Positions 11,421 through 23,499 of a stretch of 64,000 nucleotides of DNA are shown here, one piece after another. This DNA comes from Octopus vulgaris (taxonomy: Eukaryota): the NCBI GenBank assembly GCA_951406725.2, contig OX597837.1, forward strand, positions 33,790,001 through 33,854,000, in the 5' to 3' direction. Below the pieces are notes generated by a model. The model worked only from the letters and a program-made list of their open reading frames with translations. It searched no databases and was not told where the DNA came from. Each line of letters opens with the position of its first letter. The first letter of the stretch is position 1. The position numbers and the translations under genes were made by a program.

Positions 11421-11520
11421 AATGTTGTTATGGCATGGATCTCGTCTTACTAACTGGGTCGGTATTCTCAGTCGTGGACTACGTATAGCACCACCGGAAG
11501 CCCCTGTCACTGGTGATATG
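11421..11520 (+). CDS. PARP2: PARP2 exon (catalytic His and donor loop)
   Basis: ttctag|A...ATG|gtcagt; [33 protein letters not shown] (PARP signature). Confidence 0.95.
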
Positions 11521-11630
11521 GTCAGTGTTTACCTTCGATTATATTCCACCTTTATTACTTGCAACACCTGCACGTACACACACACACATGCATGCACATA
11601 CACATAGATATGTATACATACATGCACATA

Positions 11631-11701
11631 TAGGGTGCCCATAAGTTACCTTTATACAATTTGAAGTGTGGAAGTTGTAAAGATAATTTATGGACACCTT
11701 G
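11631..11701. mobile_element. Short Tc1/mariner-type MITE (deletion derivative of 20452-20651)
   Basis: TA-flanked; imperfect TIRs AGGGTGCCCATAAGTTACCTTTA / TAAAGATAATTTATGGACACCTTG. Confidence 0.6.
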
Positions 11702-11775
11702 TATTTATAAAAATATATGCACAAACACATATACATCATTGTTATCATTTAGCATCCATGTTCCATGCTGGTGTT

Positions 11776-12160
11776 GTGGAGGCGCAATGGCCCAGTGGTT
11801 AGGGCAGCGGACTCGCGGTCATAGGATTGCGGTTTCGATTCCCAGACCGGGCGTTGTGAGTGTTTATTGAGCAAAAACACCTAAAGCTCCACGAGACTCC
11901 GGCAAGGGATGGTGGTGATCCCTGCTGTACTCTTTCACCACAACTTTCTCTCACTCTTGCTTCCTGTTTCTGTTGTACCTGTATTTCAAAGGGCCGGCCT
12001 TGTCACTCTCTGTGTCACGCTGAATATCCCCGAGAACTACGTTAAGGGTACACGTGTCTGTGGAGTGCTCAGCCACTTACACGTTAATTTCACGAGCAGG
12101 CTGTTCCGTTGATTCGGATCAACCGGAACCCTCATCGTCGTAACCGATGGAGTGCTTCCC
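11776..12160 (+). mobile_element. tRNA-derived SINE family C
   Basis: Head GGCGCAATGGCCCAGTGGTTAGGGC...GGTTTCGATTCCC; TSD TCCATGCTGG; matches 19498 and 61335. Confidence 0.88.
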
Positions 12161-12488
12161 TCCATGCTGGCGTGGAGAGGAGAGTCTGAGAGAGTCCAGT
12201 GGAATCCAAGGACTGCATCATACACCACCGTCTGCTTTAGCATGGTTTCTTCAGCTTAATACCCTAACAGCACGGATGAGGTGCATTTTTTTGTACCACC
12301 AGCATTATTAAGGTTGCCATGCAGCTCACAAGAGTACAGAACCTGGGGCCAGGGGTGGCGATGGCAGTGTGGTTAAGTTCACTTCCTCGTAAGCGCATGG
12401 TTCCAGGTTCAGACTTTTTAGCATTCGGATTCCTCTGTTAAATGTTCTGCTTATTCATTAACATCATCAAATTGTTTTGAATTAATTG

Positions 12489-12657
12489 TACAGGAGTGGC
12501 TGTGTGGTAAGTAGCTTGTTTACCAACCACATGGTTCCGGGTTCAGTCCCACTGCGTGGCATCTTGGGCAAATGTCTTTTGCTATAGTCCCGGGCCGACC
12601 AATGCCTTGTGAGTGGATTTGGTAGACAGAAACTGAAAGAAGCCTGTCGTATATATG

Positions 12658-12688
<31 letters not shown>

Positions 12689-12906
12689 TTGTGTGTCTGT
12701 GTTTGTCCCCCTAGCATTGCTTGACAACCGATGCTGGTGTGTTTACGTCCCCGTCACTTAGCGGTTCGGCAAAAGAGACCGATACAATAAGTACTGGGCT
12801 TACAAAGAATAAGTCCCGGGGTCGATTTGCTTGACTAAAGGCGGTGCTCCAGCATGGCCGCAGTCAAATGACTGAAACAAGTAAAAGAGTAAAAGAGAGT
12901 AAAGAG
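12489..12906 (+). mobile_element. SINE family A nested in a piggyBac-type MITE (about 12415-13228)
   Basis: MITE sequence (TTTAGCATTC...GAATTAAT | ATCTCATAGCTT...AAAGGGTTAA) resumes after the SINE. Confidence 0.8.
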
Positions 12907-13445
12907 TATCTCATAGCTTTCAGATTTCAGTGATGTGATTGCTTATTTTTAGAACAACATTGTAGGGTAGGTGTGAGAAGCTAGATGTGGCCAGTTTAAA
13001 TCTGGCCCTTAACATTAAGATTATTTTATAAAATGTAATGCTTATTTATTCACATCGTTTTGAATTAATTGTGCATTATCTTGTAGCTTTAGGATTTCAA
13101 TGATGTGATGGTTTATTTTTAGAATGACATTGTAGAGTGGGTGTGAGAGACCCAATCTGGTCAGTTTGAACATAAAATGAGTGGGATATTCTGGCTGGAT
13201 GTGGCCAGTTTGAATACGAAAGGGTTAAGGCAGATTTTCTGTGACAAGGAAGCATTTTCCCTTGGTCTGTCGGTCTTGACTGAATATAGGAAATAATTGA
13301 CACTACCTGTATAACAGTGGCACTCATTTACAACTATCATGCAATGACAAGACAAAGAAACACACGTTCATACAGATACATACACATAGAAACATGATGG
13401 GCTTCTTTCAGTTTCCATCTACCAAATCCACTCACAAATCCACTC

Positions 13446-14013
13446 CAGCAAGACTTTTGTTAGCCGCTCTCCAGCCATCTATTTAAAACTGTATACAGCT
13501 ATGGTACGACCACACTTGGAATTCGCATCATCAGTTTGGAACCCCTATCTTGCTCAGAACATTGACCTCCTGGAATCTGTCCAGAGACGTGCAACCAAAC
13601 GCATACCCTCCATCAGACACCTACCATATTCCGAGCGCCTTGTTTCCCTGGGCATGGATTCACTGAAGCTCCGGCGTCTGGCGACGGACTTGGTAAACAC
13701 CCACAAAGTTATCAACCACCTCACCAACAACAACACTGAACACCTTTTTGATCTCCATGTGTCTAACACACGTGGACATGCCTACAAAGTCAGAAAACAA
13801 CACAGCTCCCATGACTTTCGGAAACATTTCTTCACGCTCAGAGTTGCTGAAGCATGGAACAAACTGCCTGCGTCAGTTGTTGACTGCCATGACACTGCAT
13901 CCTTTAAGGCCCTCATGCTTTCCGAAATCCGCCGAAACTACACCTGATTATATATACACTTTAGATGAGTTGTAGTGCACCTGAGCACTTTACACAATTA
14001 TTATTATTATTAT
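13446..14013 (+). mobile_element. 5'-truncated CR1-clade LINE with open ORF2 C-terminus
   Basis: MVRPHLEFASSVWNPY...LESVQRRATK...YSERL...LRR...TRGH...FFTLRV..WNKLP, then a short 3'UTR and (ATT)n. Confidence 0.9.
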
Positions 14014-14108
14014 TTCATTGTTGTGTCATACTCATGAGTCATGCAACCTCATCTTACTCTTTTGTATCAGACTCCCAATCTAAAACTGACTCTGCATTCT
14101 TTCCACAG

Positions 14109-14207
14109 TTTGGTAAAGGAATATATTTTGCTGATATGTCCAGTAAGAGTGCCAATTACTGTTTTGCAACAAAGAAAAGAAATATTGGTCTGGCACTTCT
14201 TTGTGAG
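14109..14207 (+). CDS. PARP2: PARP2 exon (catalytic Tyr)
   Basis: cacag|TTT...GAG|gtaag; [33 protein letters not shown]. Confidence 0.95.
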
Positions 14208-14895
14208 GTAAGAATTATCTGCTAACTGAATGTTCTTCACTCGAATGTATGTGTATGTATTTGAGGTTATAACAACTAGACGTGTTGGTAGAACCTTCTC
14301 TTAAAAGTGTTTTCAGTGTGCCTTATGTAGAAGTAAATTGTTTTGTACTCTGGAATTTTTTGCATAGCAAAGCAAGTTGTCCATCAAGCAAAGTTGCAGT
14401 TACTTCCCCTTAGTTTGATGGTTTGTTTGATGGTGAGTGATGATTTGTTGATTTATGTGTGCTTGATTCTTTGTCACCATGTGATTAAGGATTTATGATA
14501 TGGTGGTTCTTTTATGGCTTGACTAATGGCTGCTGGATAGTCTGATAATGTCTGATAGTTGTGTTTGATGATATATATGGTGGTGGCTTGTTTGATGATT
14601 TCTGTGTTGTCTGACAGTTTATTTGGTTAATGGTTGTATGATAATTATGTTTGATGATTTATATGATGGTAGCTTACTTGATGATTTCTGTTGTCTGATG
14701 GTTTATTCATTGTCTGATAATTCTTTGATATATGGTGGTGGATTGTTTGATGGTTTCTGTATTGGTCATGATTGTCTGATAATTGTGTTTGATAATATAT
14801 ACAATGGTGGTTTGTTTGATTTCTGTGTTTCCTGATGCTTAAATTGTCATCTGATAATATTTTCTTTTTCTAACAAAATATCAACCTTTGACCAG

Positions 14896-15020
14896 GTGTC
14901 ACTTGGTGAAATTCACGAGCTGTTAGAAGCCAACTATTATGCGGACAGACTACCTCCAGGCAAAAACAGTGTCAAGGGACTTGGTCGTGTGGCCCCTCAC
15001 CCCAGCAGTTACCAAACACA
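14896..15020 (+). CDS. PARP2: PARP2 exon (catalytic domain)
   Basis: accag|GTG...ACACA|gtaagt; VSLGEIHELLEANYYADRLPPGKNSVKGLGRVAPHPSSYQT(Q). Confidence 0.93.
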
Positions 15021-15180
15021 GTAAGTATTTCTAAATATTATTTTATTTTAAATTACCCATCCCACCCTATATATATATATATATATACATATAGGCACAC
15101 ACATTTCACATTTACTACTGCATACACACACGTATATATATATATATATCATCATCATTTATACATATATACATATATAT

Positions 15181-15700
15181 CATCATCATCATCATTTAGC
15201 GTCCGTTTTCCATGCTAGCATGGGTTGCACGGTTCAACTGGGGTCTGTGAAGCTGGAAGGCTTCATCAGGCCCAATCAGATCTGGCAGTGTTTCTACGGC
15301 TGGATGCCCTTCCTAACGCCAACCACTCCGTGAGTGTAGTGGGTGCTTTTTACATGCCACCCGCACAGGTGCCAGACGAGGCTGGCGAACGGCCACGCTC
15401 GGATGGTGTTTTTTATGTGCCACCGACACAGGTGCCAGACGAGGCTGGCGAACGGCCACGCTCGGATGGTGTTTTTTATGTGCCACCGACACAGGTGCCA
15501 GACGAGGCTGGCGAACGGCCACGCTCGGATGGTGTTTTTTATGTGCCACCGACACAGGTGCCAGACGAGGCTGGCGAACGGCCACGATCGGATGGTGTTT
15601 GTTACGTGCCCACAGCATGGAGGCCAGTCGATGCAGTACTGGCTACGGCCACGTTCGGATGGTTTTCTTATGTGCCACCGGCACTGGTACCACAAAGATA
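15181..15700 (-). mobile_element. RTE-LINE 3' end (family E) with an internal 63-bp tandem repeat, about 4 units
   Basis: (CAT)n TTTAGCGTCCGTTTTCCATGCTAGCATGGG...GGATGCCCTTCCTAACGCCAAC; 63-bp period at 15364/15427/15490/15553. Confidence 0.75.
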
Positions 15701-15735
15701 CAAATTCCATTGATGTTCATCTATTTTGATTTGGT

Positions 15736-15778
<43 letters not shown>

Positions 15779-15889
15779 TTCAGTTATGCAGTACCAACAC
15801 TGACATATACATATTCCATAATCCTACACACACATTTAGCACATGCTCTGTTTGTCATTCTATCCTTATACTTCTGTGTTTCTTTACAG

Positions 15890-16043
15890 GAAAGATGGTA
15901 TGATCATACCAAATGGTGCTGGTTCAGACACTGGTGTTGTTAATCCGGCCGGTTACACCTTAAATTACAATGAATATGTTGTCTACGACACGAGGCAAGT
16001 GAAAATGAAATATCTCGTCAAGATTCAGTTCGACTTCAAATAA
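15890..16043 (+). CDS. PARP2: PARP2 last coding exon (catalytic Glu, stop)
   Basis: tacag|G...TAA; KDGMIIPNGAGSDTGVVNPAGYTLNYNEYVVYDTRQVKMKYLVKIQFDFK*; the GYTLNYNEY context is PARP2-type. Confidence 0.95.
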
Positions 16044-16076
16044 TTCCACAGTATTCCTAACAGACAATATCTGTCT

Positions 16077-16112
<36 letters not shown>

Positions 16113-16439
16113 TATATGTTGTTGACATATAACACCAGGACAGCTCCTGTTTGAGCAGATAGACTTATGATGCAGTATGTTCGGACTTTGATCATGTATC
16201 CAATACCTCAATCATCCTAGGTACACATGTCCACTGACGTTCATAAGAGGATCAGGTATGGTTGCTATTTCTAGCGCATCAAGCAACCGCGTGTATGTTA
16301 TGTAGATACATACATACGTACATAGTTATTTTTTTGTTGTAGGTCTCATACTCACCACAAACATGCCACACACCTCCTCATGCCTTTAATTAAAGACAAA
16401 AATCTCAATGTAATTTTGTTATTTTCTTTTTATTATATA

Positions 16440-16944
16440 CTAGCAGTATCGCCCGGCGTTGCTCGGGTTTGTATGGGAAATAACTATATAAGCATTTTTA
16501 GTGAGTTATAGCAAAAAAATGCATTAAAAATGGAATAAAAAATGATGGTAATTTTGGTGTCTTCAAGCCATGAAGTCGTTGTTCTAAAAAGAACGCTGGT
16601 CTCCTTGACAATGCTTTATGACGTTGATTTCCTTACACTCCCTTCCCCACAGCTTCACGAGGGAGGGAAGAAGGGGGAGAAGCAACACAGGTGTGAGCGT
16701 GGACGCCAACTCCGCCGCCATCGACACACGAAAAAATATGCATTAAAATGGAATAAAAAATGATGTTAAATTATTTTTAAAATCGTAGACTCATCGTAGA
16801 CGCACGCTAATACCCAGAAGGGCTCGATATGAATCACAACTATAAGATACCCGGTTTTGGTTAAACTGCACCGCAAAATGTGGGAGTAGTTAGGAATCTA
16901 AATCGTAGGAGACAGACACACAACTTGACTTTTATATATAAAGA
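16440..16944 (-). mobile_element. Non-autonomous Helitron
   Basis: Minus strand A|TCTTTATATATAAAAG...CCCGAGCAACGCCGGG (hairpin)...CTAG|T; no TSD. Confidence 0.8.
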
Positions 16945-17173
16945 TTATCACTATTTTTATTTTCCATCCTTCAAGAAACTAAATACTTTGAGAGTTTTCA
17001 AGTAAAAGAAGATTAAACAGCCAAGTGTATTCAGCATGAAAGGGGCAACGAAGGGATGCCATATATGGCTATTTGTCTTTTTGAGAATGGTAGCTAAATA
17101 TTCTCTTTTTTTTAGCATAGTGATCTGAAAAGGACACATTGGAGAACATAGTCCTAGTGGTATTGTCTCTGGA

Positions 17174-17405
17174 AGGCGGCGAGCTGGCAGAAACGTTAGC
17201 ACGCCGGGCGAAATGCGAAGCCGTATTTCGTCTGCCGTTACGTTCTGAGTTCAAATTCCGCCGAGGTCGACTTTGCCTTTCATCCTTTCGGGGTTGATAA
17301 ATTAAGTACCAGTTACGCACTGGGGTCGATGTAATCGACTTAATACCTACGTCTGTCCTTGTTTGTTCCCTCTGTGTTTAGCCCCTTGTGGGTAATAAAG
17401 AAATA
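17174..17405 (+). mobile_element. SINE family B
   Basis: Full-length; 12-bp TSD GGTATTGTCTCT. Confidence 0.85.
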
Positions 17406-17912
17406 GGTATTGTCTCTTGAAAAAAAAGACAGGACAGTCATTTCTGGAATGTCTACATAGGTCTGCTTGATCAGGGCTGACCTATGGTTAAAAATCATCT
17501 TCACCATTACCATGAACTAGGAATTGTCTTTCCGGATTTTGGTGCCAGAAATTAAAATAAATCGTTGCTGTAGGTGTTGTTGTTTAGATTTAGGTCAGCC
17601 TCGATGCAGCAAAGCAATAATCGCAAGTCTGCTGTTTCTGATAGTATAAGGTAGGTCTGGAGAAGTTGCAGAGGTGTTCTGTACAGGAGGCAAGAGCTAA
17701 AGTCTTTACAGGTAAACCAAGAGACAGACTGGATATAAGAGAAACCAGCTCAACTTTGCAAGAGAAAAGGCTGCACCGTGTTTTTCTTATGGAAAATGAT
17801 AAGTGATCCAAATGGAAGGAACCTGAAGACATGAGAAATGTTGACGCTTTAAGACAGGTAAGTAACAGCCTTATAAAAGGCAGATGTGATGATGTGTATA
17901 TATATATATATC

Positions 17913-18480
17913 CTCATCATTGTTTAACATCTGTTGTCTGTGCTGATGATTTCACTAGGTTTGATGGATCTTCGCAAGCCTGGCATTTCACCTCATCCCA
18001 TGTCTCCCTCTTCCACAGTTTCCTTCCTCTGGTAGAGATCTGCACTTCACACAGCTGTCCACAGCATCACATGACCATAACGCAGTCGTCTCTCTTACAC
18101 ACCACTTTTCTCTCAAGGCACTTACACTCTATCATACACACTAACATTACACATCCAACAAAACATACTAGCTTCATTTCTTTTAAGCCCACACATGTCC
18201 TCAGCAGTCACAGCCCATGTAGCATGGCTGTTTACTCACAGGCATCATACAATTTGCCTTTCACCCTGAGGAAGAAGCCCTTTGTTACCAACAAAGATAG
18301 GAGCTCACTGAATTTTGCTCAACCTATTCTTATTCTAGCTGCTCTTGGAGCATCCACCTCTGCTACTGACTTGGTCACCAGATGCTACCAACTACACTTG
18401 GCATTTGATGGAGTCTATTTTCTGTACATTTCTAGTGTTAATCATACCTGTGCACCTGCCACACACAAAAACTGGTTTCC
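17913..18480 (-). mobile_element. Decayed RTE LINE 3' fragment
   Basis: Minus strand encodes ...RRLRYGHVM... and ends in a family E-like (GAT)n tail. Confidence 0.55.
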
Positions 18481-18596
18481 CTGTTAACCTTCCTCTGATA
18501 TTGCTGCACCTTCCTATATATATATATATACAACGTGTGTACCATTGGCGTTTTTTTTCCTCCGTCTTCCCTTCTCTGGATCTTTCCTTTTCCTAT

Positions 18597-18631
18597 GTTT
18601 CTGACGAAGAGCTCCACTCGAAACGTTAAAC
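18597..18631 (+). ncRNA. Minimal type-I hammerhead ribozyme motif (family H1)
   Basis: guuu CUGACGA a gag-cucca-cuc GAAA cg UU aaac; palindromic AACGUU stem III; flanks homologous to 1850-1990. Confidence 0.68.
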
Positions 18632-18940
18632 CCTCCTTCTTCCCTTCCTTCCTGAGCGTCCAATAATACTATATTTGTTCCACGTTCTTGCGTTGTTGTG
18701 TTTTCATGTTTGGATTAACTATATATATAAATATATTTATACACCGGTGGCCTAGTATATATACAAAGTCAATAGACATGTATAAATTTAAGAAATGATT
18801 TTAGTAATTTCTGAAGTTTAATCAGAATTTTTAATAGCTGCTGATTGAAACTGCGCTTGCGCAGTGGATTTGAAAAATTGTAATATAAGGATGAGACATG
18901 AGTTATATGGTCTCTAATTTATATGTTAATGTTTTGGTGT

Positions 18941-19012
18941 ATCTGCTGATGAGAACTTTGGCTTGCAAATTATTTTATTTGTTAATTAAAGTTCGAAACC
19001 TGAGGTCTGGCT
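18941..19012 (+). ncRNA. Type-I hammerhead ribozyme motif (family H3)
   Basis: CUGAUGA gaacuuu...aaaguuc GAAA cc-uga-gg UC; 7-bp stem II, GUC triplet, weak stem I. Confidence 0.62.
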
Positions 19013-19497
19013 GTAAAACGTTTTTTTTTTTCATTCCCTTCAAAATTGCTCTTAACTGTGGTTTGGACTCTTTGACTGTTCTTTCCAGTATGTTAGGCAA
19101 CCTGTTAAAGGCTTGCCTCTTTGTGTTTAAATGTACACTAATTTTTTTAATTTATATACACACACACACACACTCATATATATATATATATATATCCATA
19201 AGAACTCTAAACACCCCAGTTATAATTAAGTATGTAGTAGCATGTGTATCCAACTCCACCTACAACAGAGTAAGTTTCAACAGAAGCAGGCCTCTACCAT
19301 ATTGAGGTTTTAACTCATGGCTCCAGAGAAACTTATATAGAGAATCCCTCACTTAAACTGAACCTGAGAAGAACCAGAAGGTAGGAAGTAATCTGCTTTA
19401 ATCCTCTTTCACTCCTCTTTAGATGTTGCTATAAGTATCGCTAGGATCTTTCTAACCCTTGTGAAGCACCATACAAACACACGTATACACAATACAT

Positions 19498-19887
19498 GTT
19501 GAGGCGCAATGGCCCAGTGGTTAGGGCAGCGGACTCGCGGTCGTAGGATCGCGGTTTCGATTCCCAGACCGGGCGTTGTGAGTGTTTATTGAGCAAAAAC
19601 ACCTAAAAGCTCCACGAGGCTCCGGCAGGGGATGGTGGTGATCCCTGCTGTTCTCTTTCACCACAACTTTCTCTCACTCTTACTTCCTGTTTCTGTTGTA
19701 CCTGTATTTCAAAGGGGCCGGCCTTGTCACTCTCTGTGTCACGCTGAATATCCCCGAGAACCACGTTAAGGGTACACGTGTCTGTGGAGTGCTCAGCCAC
19801 TTACACGTTAATTTCACAAGCAGGCTGTTCCGTTGATTTGGATCAACCGGAACCCTCGTCGTCGTAACCGACGGAGTGCTTCCCTCC
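19498..19887 (+). mobile_element. SINE family C
   Basis: 12-bp TSD TACACAATACAT. Confidence 0.88.
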
Positions 19888-20451
19888 TACACAATACATA
19901 TTTTTCTTTTTGTTGTATTTCTTTTGAATAATTTTAAAAACACCGTTTGTTTTTTTTATATATTTATTTTTGTTTTTTTTTTTTGCTTTTTATAATAACA
20001 GTAATAATAATACTAATAATAATGTTAATGGTTTGTCAGGAAGATAAACAATTGGCTGGAATGGAATGGAATGGTTTCTCTGCAAAATTAATTACAAGAA
20101 ATTCTTTAGTTTCTACAAAAATTCTAATATTGCATTTCTAAGTATTTAGTTTGTAGTCTTGTTTCTTTCTTTCTGAAACTGTCTTCTGGAATCCTTCTGA
20201 AGAATTTAACCCATTAATATAATCCCAACTGGATCAGTCCATCTTTCCAAAAGTGTGTGTGTGGTGGGTGCTATTTGTTGTTCAAAATCCTTTCTCCCTA
20301 GTTTTACCAGTACATTACTTTTGAAAATTGAAAACTCACAACAACCACAACCCTGGTCCTTTCTGGGTTTCTTTTTTTTTTTTTCTTGATCTTTTCCACT
20401 TTTTTTTTTTTCCTTTTTTGTATATGCAAAGCACAATAGCATATTTATAAT

Positions 20452-20651
20452 CAGGGTGTCTGTAAATTAGCTTTACAATTTGAAAAACGGAGGAAAAAAG
20501 ATAACTTGGCACACAGTTAATTTGAAAACACAGGCAAACACATGAAGTTTTATTAGAAACATCAGAACACTTCCGTATGGGTCCCTGGGTTGTATACAAC
20601 ACATCTAGACGATGCTTATGGTAGTTGTAAAGATAATTTATGGACACCTTG
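20452..20651. mobile_element. Tc1/mariner-type MITE
   Basis: Imperfect TIRs CAGGGTGTCTGTAAATTAGCTTTACAA / TTGTAAAGATAATTTATGGACACCTTG; TA at the right end. Confidence 0.65.
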
Positions 20652-21109
20652 TATCATGTTGACACAGGATCAGTTCCACATAATGTAGAGAGAAGGGTTC
20701 ACTGAGTGAAACTGACCCTATTCTGTTTAGTTTTTATTTTGAGACTGGGAAGATTTGAAAGGCTTTTTACCTTGGTGATGTTTGAATTCACAACTTAAAG
20801 ACTGAAAAAAATACAGCTAAGCATTTTGTCTAGTATGCTAATGACTCCACCAGCTATGATGCTTCCCCTCTACCCTTGCTCGTTAAGAGATACACATATC
20901 GTCAGCCACTAAGGGACATGCTCCAATGGTTACGGTCAAGCAACTGACAAGCAAATCTGTGGTATTGAGCAGAATCTTTGCTGTAGCCCATCTTTTATAC
21001 CAAGACAAAACAATGTACATGATGACACTTCCAATCAGTTAAGATCAGAAGCCATGAGAGTTACTGCTTGTTACTGCAACAGGGCATTTATTATTATCAT
21101 AATATATAT

Positions 21110-22415
21110 ATGGCGGAACCGTTAGCATGCCAGATAGAATGCTTAACAGCACGTTATCCATCTTTACATTCTGAGTTCAAATTCCACCGAGGTCAACTTT
21201 GCCTTCCAACCTTTCAGGGTTAATAAATTAAGTACCAGTGAAATATTGAAGTCGGTGTAATTGACTTATCCTCTCCCTCAACATTGCTGCCCTTGCGGCA
21301 AAATTTGAAACCATTATTATTATTATTATTATTATTATTAAGGCAGCAAACTGGCAGAATCCTTAGCACTCAGGACAAAGTGCTTAATATTTCACCTGTC
21401 TTTATGTTGAGTTCAAATCCCACTATGGTCGACTTTGTCCTTCATCCTTTCAGGGTCAATAAAGTATCAGCTGCATACTAGGGGGTTGATGTGATCAGTT
21501 GTTCCCCTCCTCACAAAATCTAGGTATTGCACCTTTAGTAGAGAGGATTATTATTAATAAGGAGACAGTCTGGCAGAATTCTTATGGTAATGGAGAAATG
21601 TTTTGTGGTATTTCTTCCAACCAAAAATCAATAAAACAGGGTCCTCCCTCAAGTTGAATCACTGAACTTTCCTCCCCCAAATTGCAGGTCTTCTGCCTCT
21701 ATTAGAAACATTTGCTATCATTAAGGCAGAGAGAGGATGACAGAATCGTTAACATGCCAAGCAAAATGCTTAGTAGCATTTCATCCATTTTTATGTTCCA
21801 AGTTCAAATTCTGCTGTGATTGCTTTTATTATATGTTTGGAAAGACCCACAAATTTTGACAATGTCTTTTAAATCATACTTTTGTATATTGTTTATAATA
21901 TGTTGGCCTGAACAGGACAAAATGCATAGCGACATTTCTTCCAGCTTTACATTCTGAGTTCAAATTCCATGAGGTCGACTTATTTTATCAACCCAAAATG
22001 ATGACAAAGTACCAGTTGTGTACTGGGATTGATGCAATCAACAAACCCCTTTCCCATTTGAAGAAAGAGATTTACAACAGTAGAGGGGGTATGTATTTGA
22101 TTTTCTTTATTGTTATCATCATTAATGTTAGTCTTGTTGTTAAAAGTCATTTATGAAAATATTTCATTTTTTTAAAAATATTTGAAACGTCTTCTCAGCT
22201 GTTAGGAGCAGACTCACATCAGTGAGTAATGGCCAACTAGACTACTGTCCAGGTAATATTGTCTGTCTTTACGTTCGGAGTTCAAATTCCGCTGAGGTTG
22301 ATTTGCCTTTCATCCTTTTAGGGTTAATAAATTACCAGTTGCATACTGGGGTTGATGTAATCGACCCCCCCCCTCAAATTTCGGGCCTTGTGCCTAGAGT
22401 AGAAAAGAATATTGT
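21110..22415 (+). repeat. Head-to-tail array of older SINE-B-related units separated by (ATT)n
   Basis: Repeated CTGGCAGAATC...GAGTTCAAATTC...CTTTCATCC...(ATT)n. Confidence 0.75.
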
Positions 22416-23499
22416 CTGCAGAAGGGATACCACAATGCTGTAGCATGGGGAACCTCACATCAGAGAATCCTCCCCATGGATTCTAGGAGAGCACTGTTTA
22501 GATCTTTCCACAGTCCCTGGTATTCACTGTTAACAATGTCCGGCAAGGGAGAGAAATCCCTATTTACAAAACCCGTAACACATCTCAGAATATCATAATA
22601 TTTAAATGGGTCACAAAGACTAAAGATCATTTATAGATGCTGCTGTTGTCCCACCCTCTACTGCTTCTCCCTTCTTTCTGGGGTGGGAATGAGGCCTGTA
22701 CTATCCACAAGAAAGTCTTCAAAAGGGAAAGGAAAAAAAAAGAAAAACAGCCACGTTGGACAATGTAGTTCTCAATGCATTATGCCTGGAAAATGAAAAG
22801 ACAGGATGGTCACATATGGAACAACTTGGATTTTAAGGTTTTCCACTCATAGCTGATCTGATAATAAGCAGCAGCAACAACCACCACCAGATGGAGCTTC
22901 AAAAGGAATTAATTTACAAATGGAAAGATATTTACAATGTTCGTTACCGGATAGAACAACAGGAAAGACAAGTTTGTTAAGATTGAAAGAGAAGTGAATG
23001 AATGTGACTGATCCGATGTTGTATCAAAGATTTAAAACTTTTAATTATGGAAAAAAAATATTTACTTATTTTTATACAATTGTCTCTCACTATTTAACCA
23101 CCCCTATCTCTTACCATGCAGTCAGAATCTGCTTTACCATGCTTACATGATTTAGGTGAGGCAGGATTTTCATGGCCAGATACTCTTTGTGTCACTAACC
23201 CTTCTTTTTATTAAGGGATTTAAAAATTTTTTTACAATTGCAGCATCGAAGGTGTTTATAAGCCATTTAAAAACACACAAAACCCATTAGATTCATTTAA
23301 ATTTAATTTGCCAAAATATTTTCGTCACTATGAGAACGCGACCTGTTCACTGACAAAATTCTGTGCTGCATAAAATTTTTATTCCAGAGGAATTTGCAAT
23401 TGCAAAGCTAACGGACCATTTATTGACAGAACATATTGTCACCATTTATAGCCATAACACAGCATTGACTGCAGACATTCTCACACCTATATTTATGTA

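Noticed and set aside
11778-11855. tRNA-like sequences (also 19501, 41604, 61337 and the SINE-A heads)
   Set aside because: They are SINE heads continuing into a body with TSDs; there is no complete cloverleaf or terminator.
16380-17565. PARP2 polyadenylation signal
   Set aside because: There are several ATTAAA/AATAAA hexamers in AT-rich and repeat DNA; one cannot be chosen from sequence alone.
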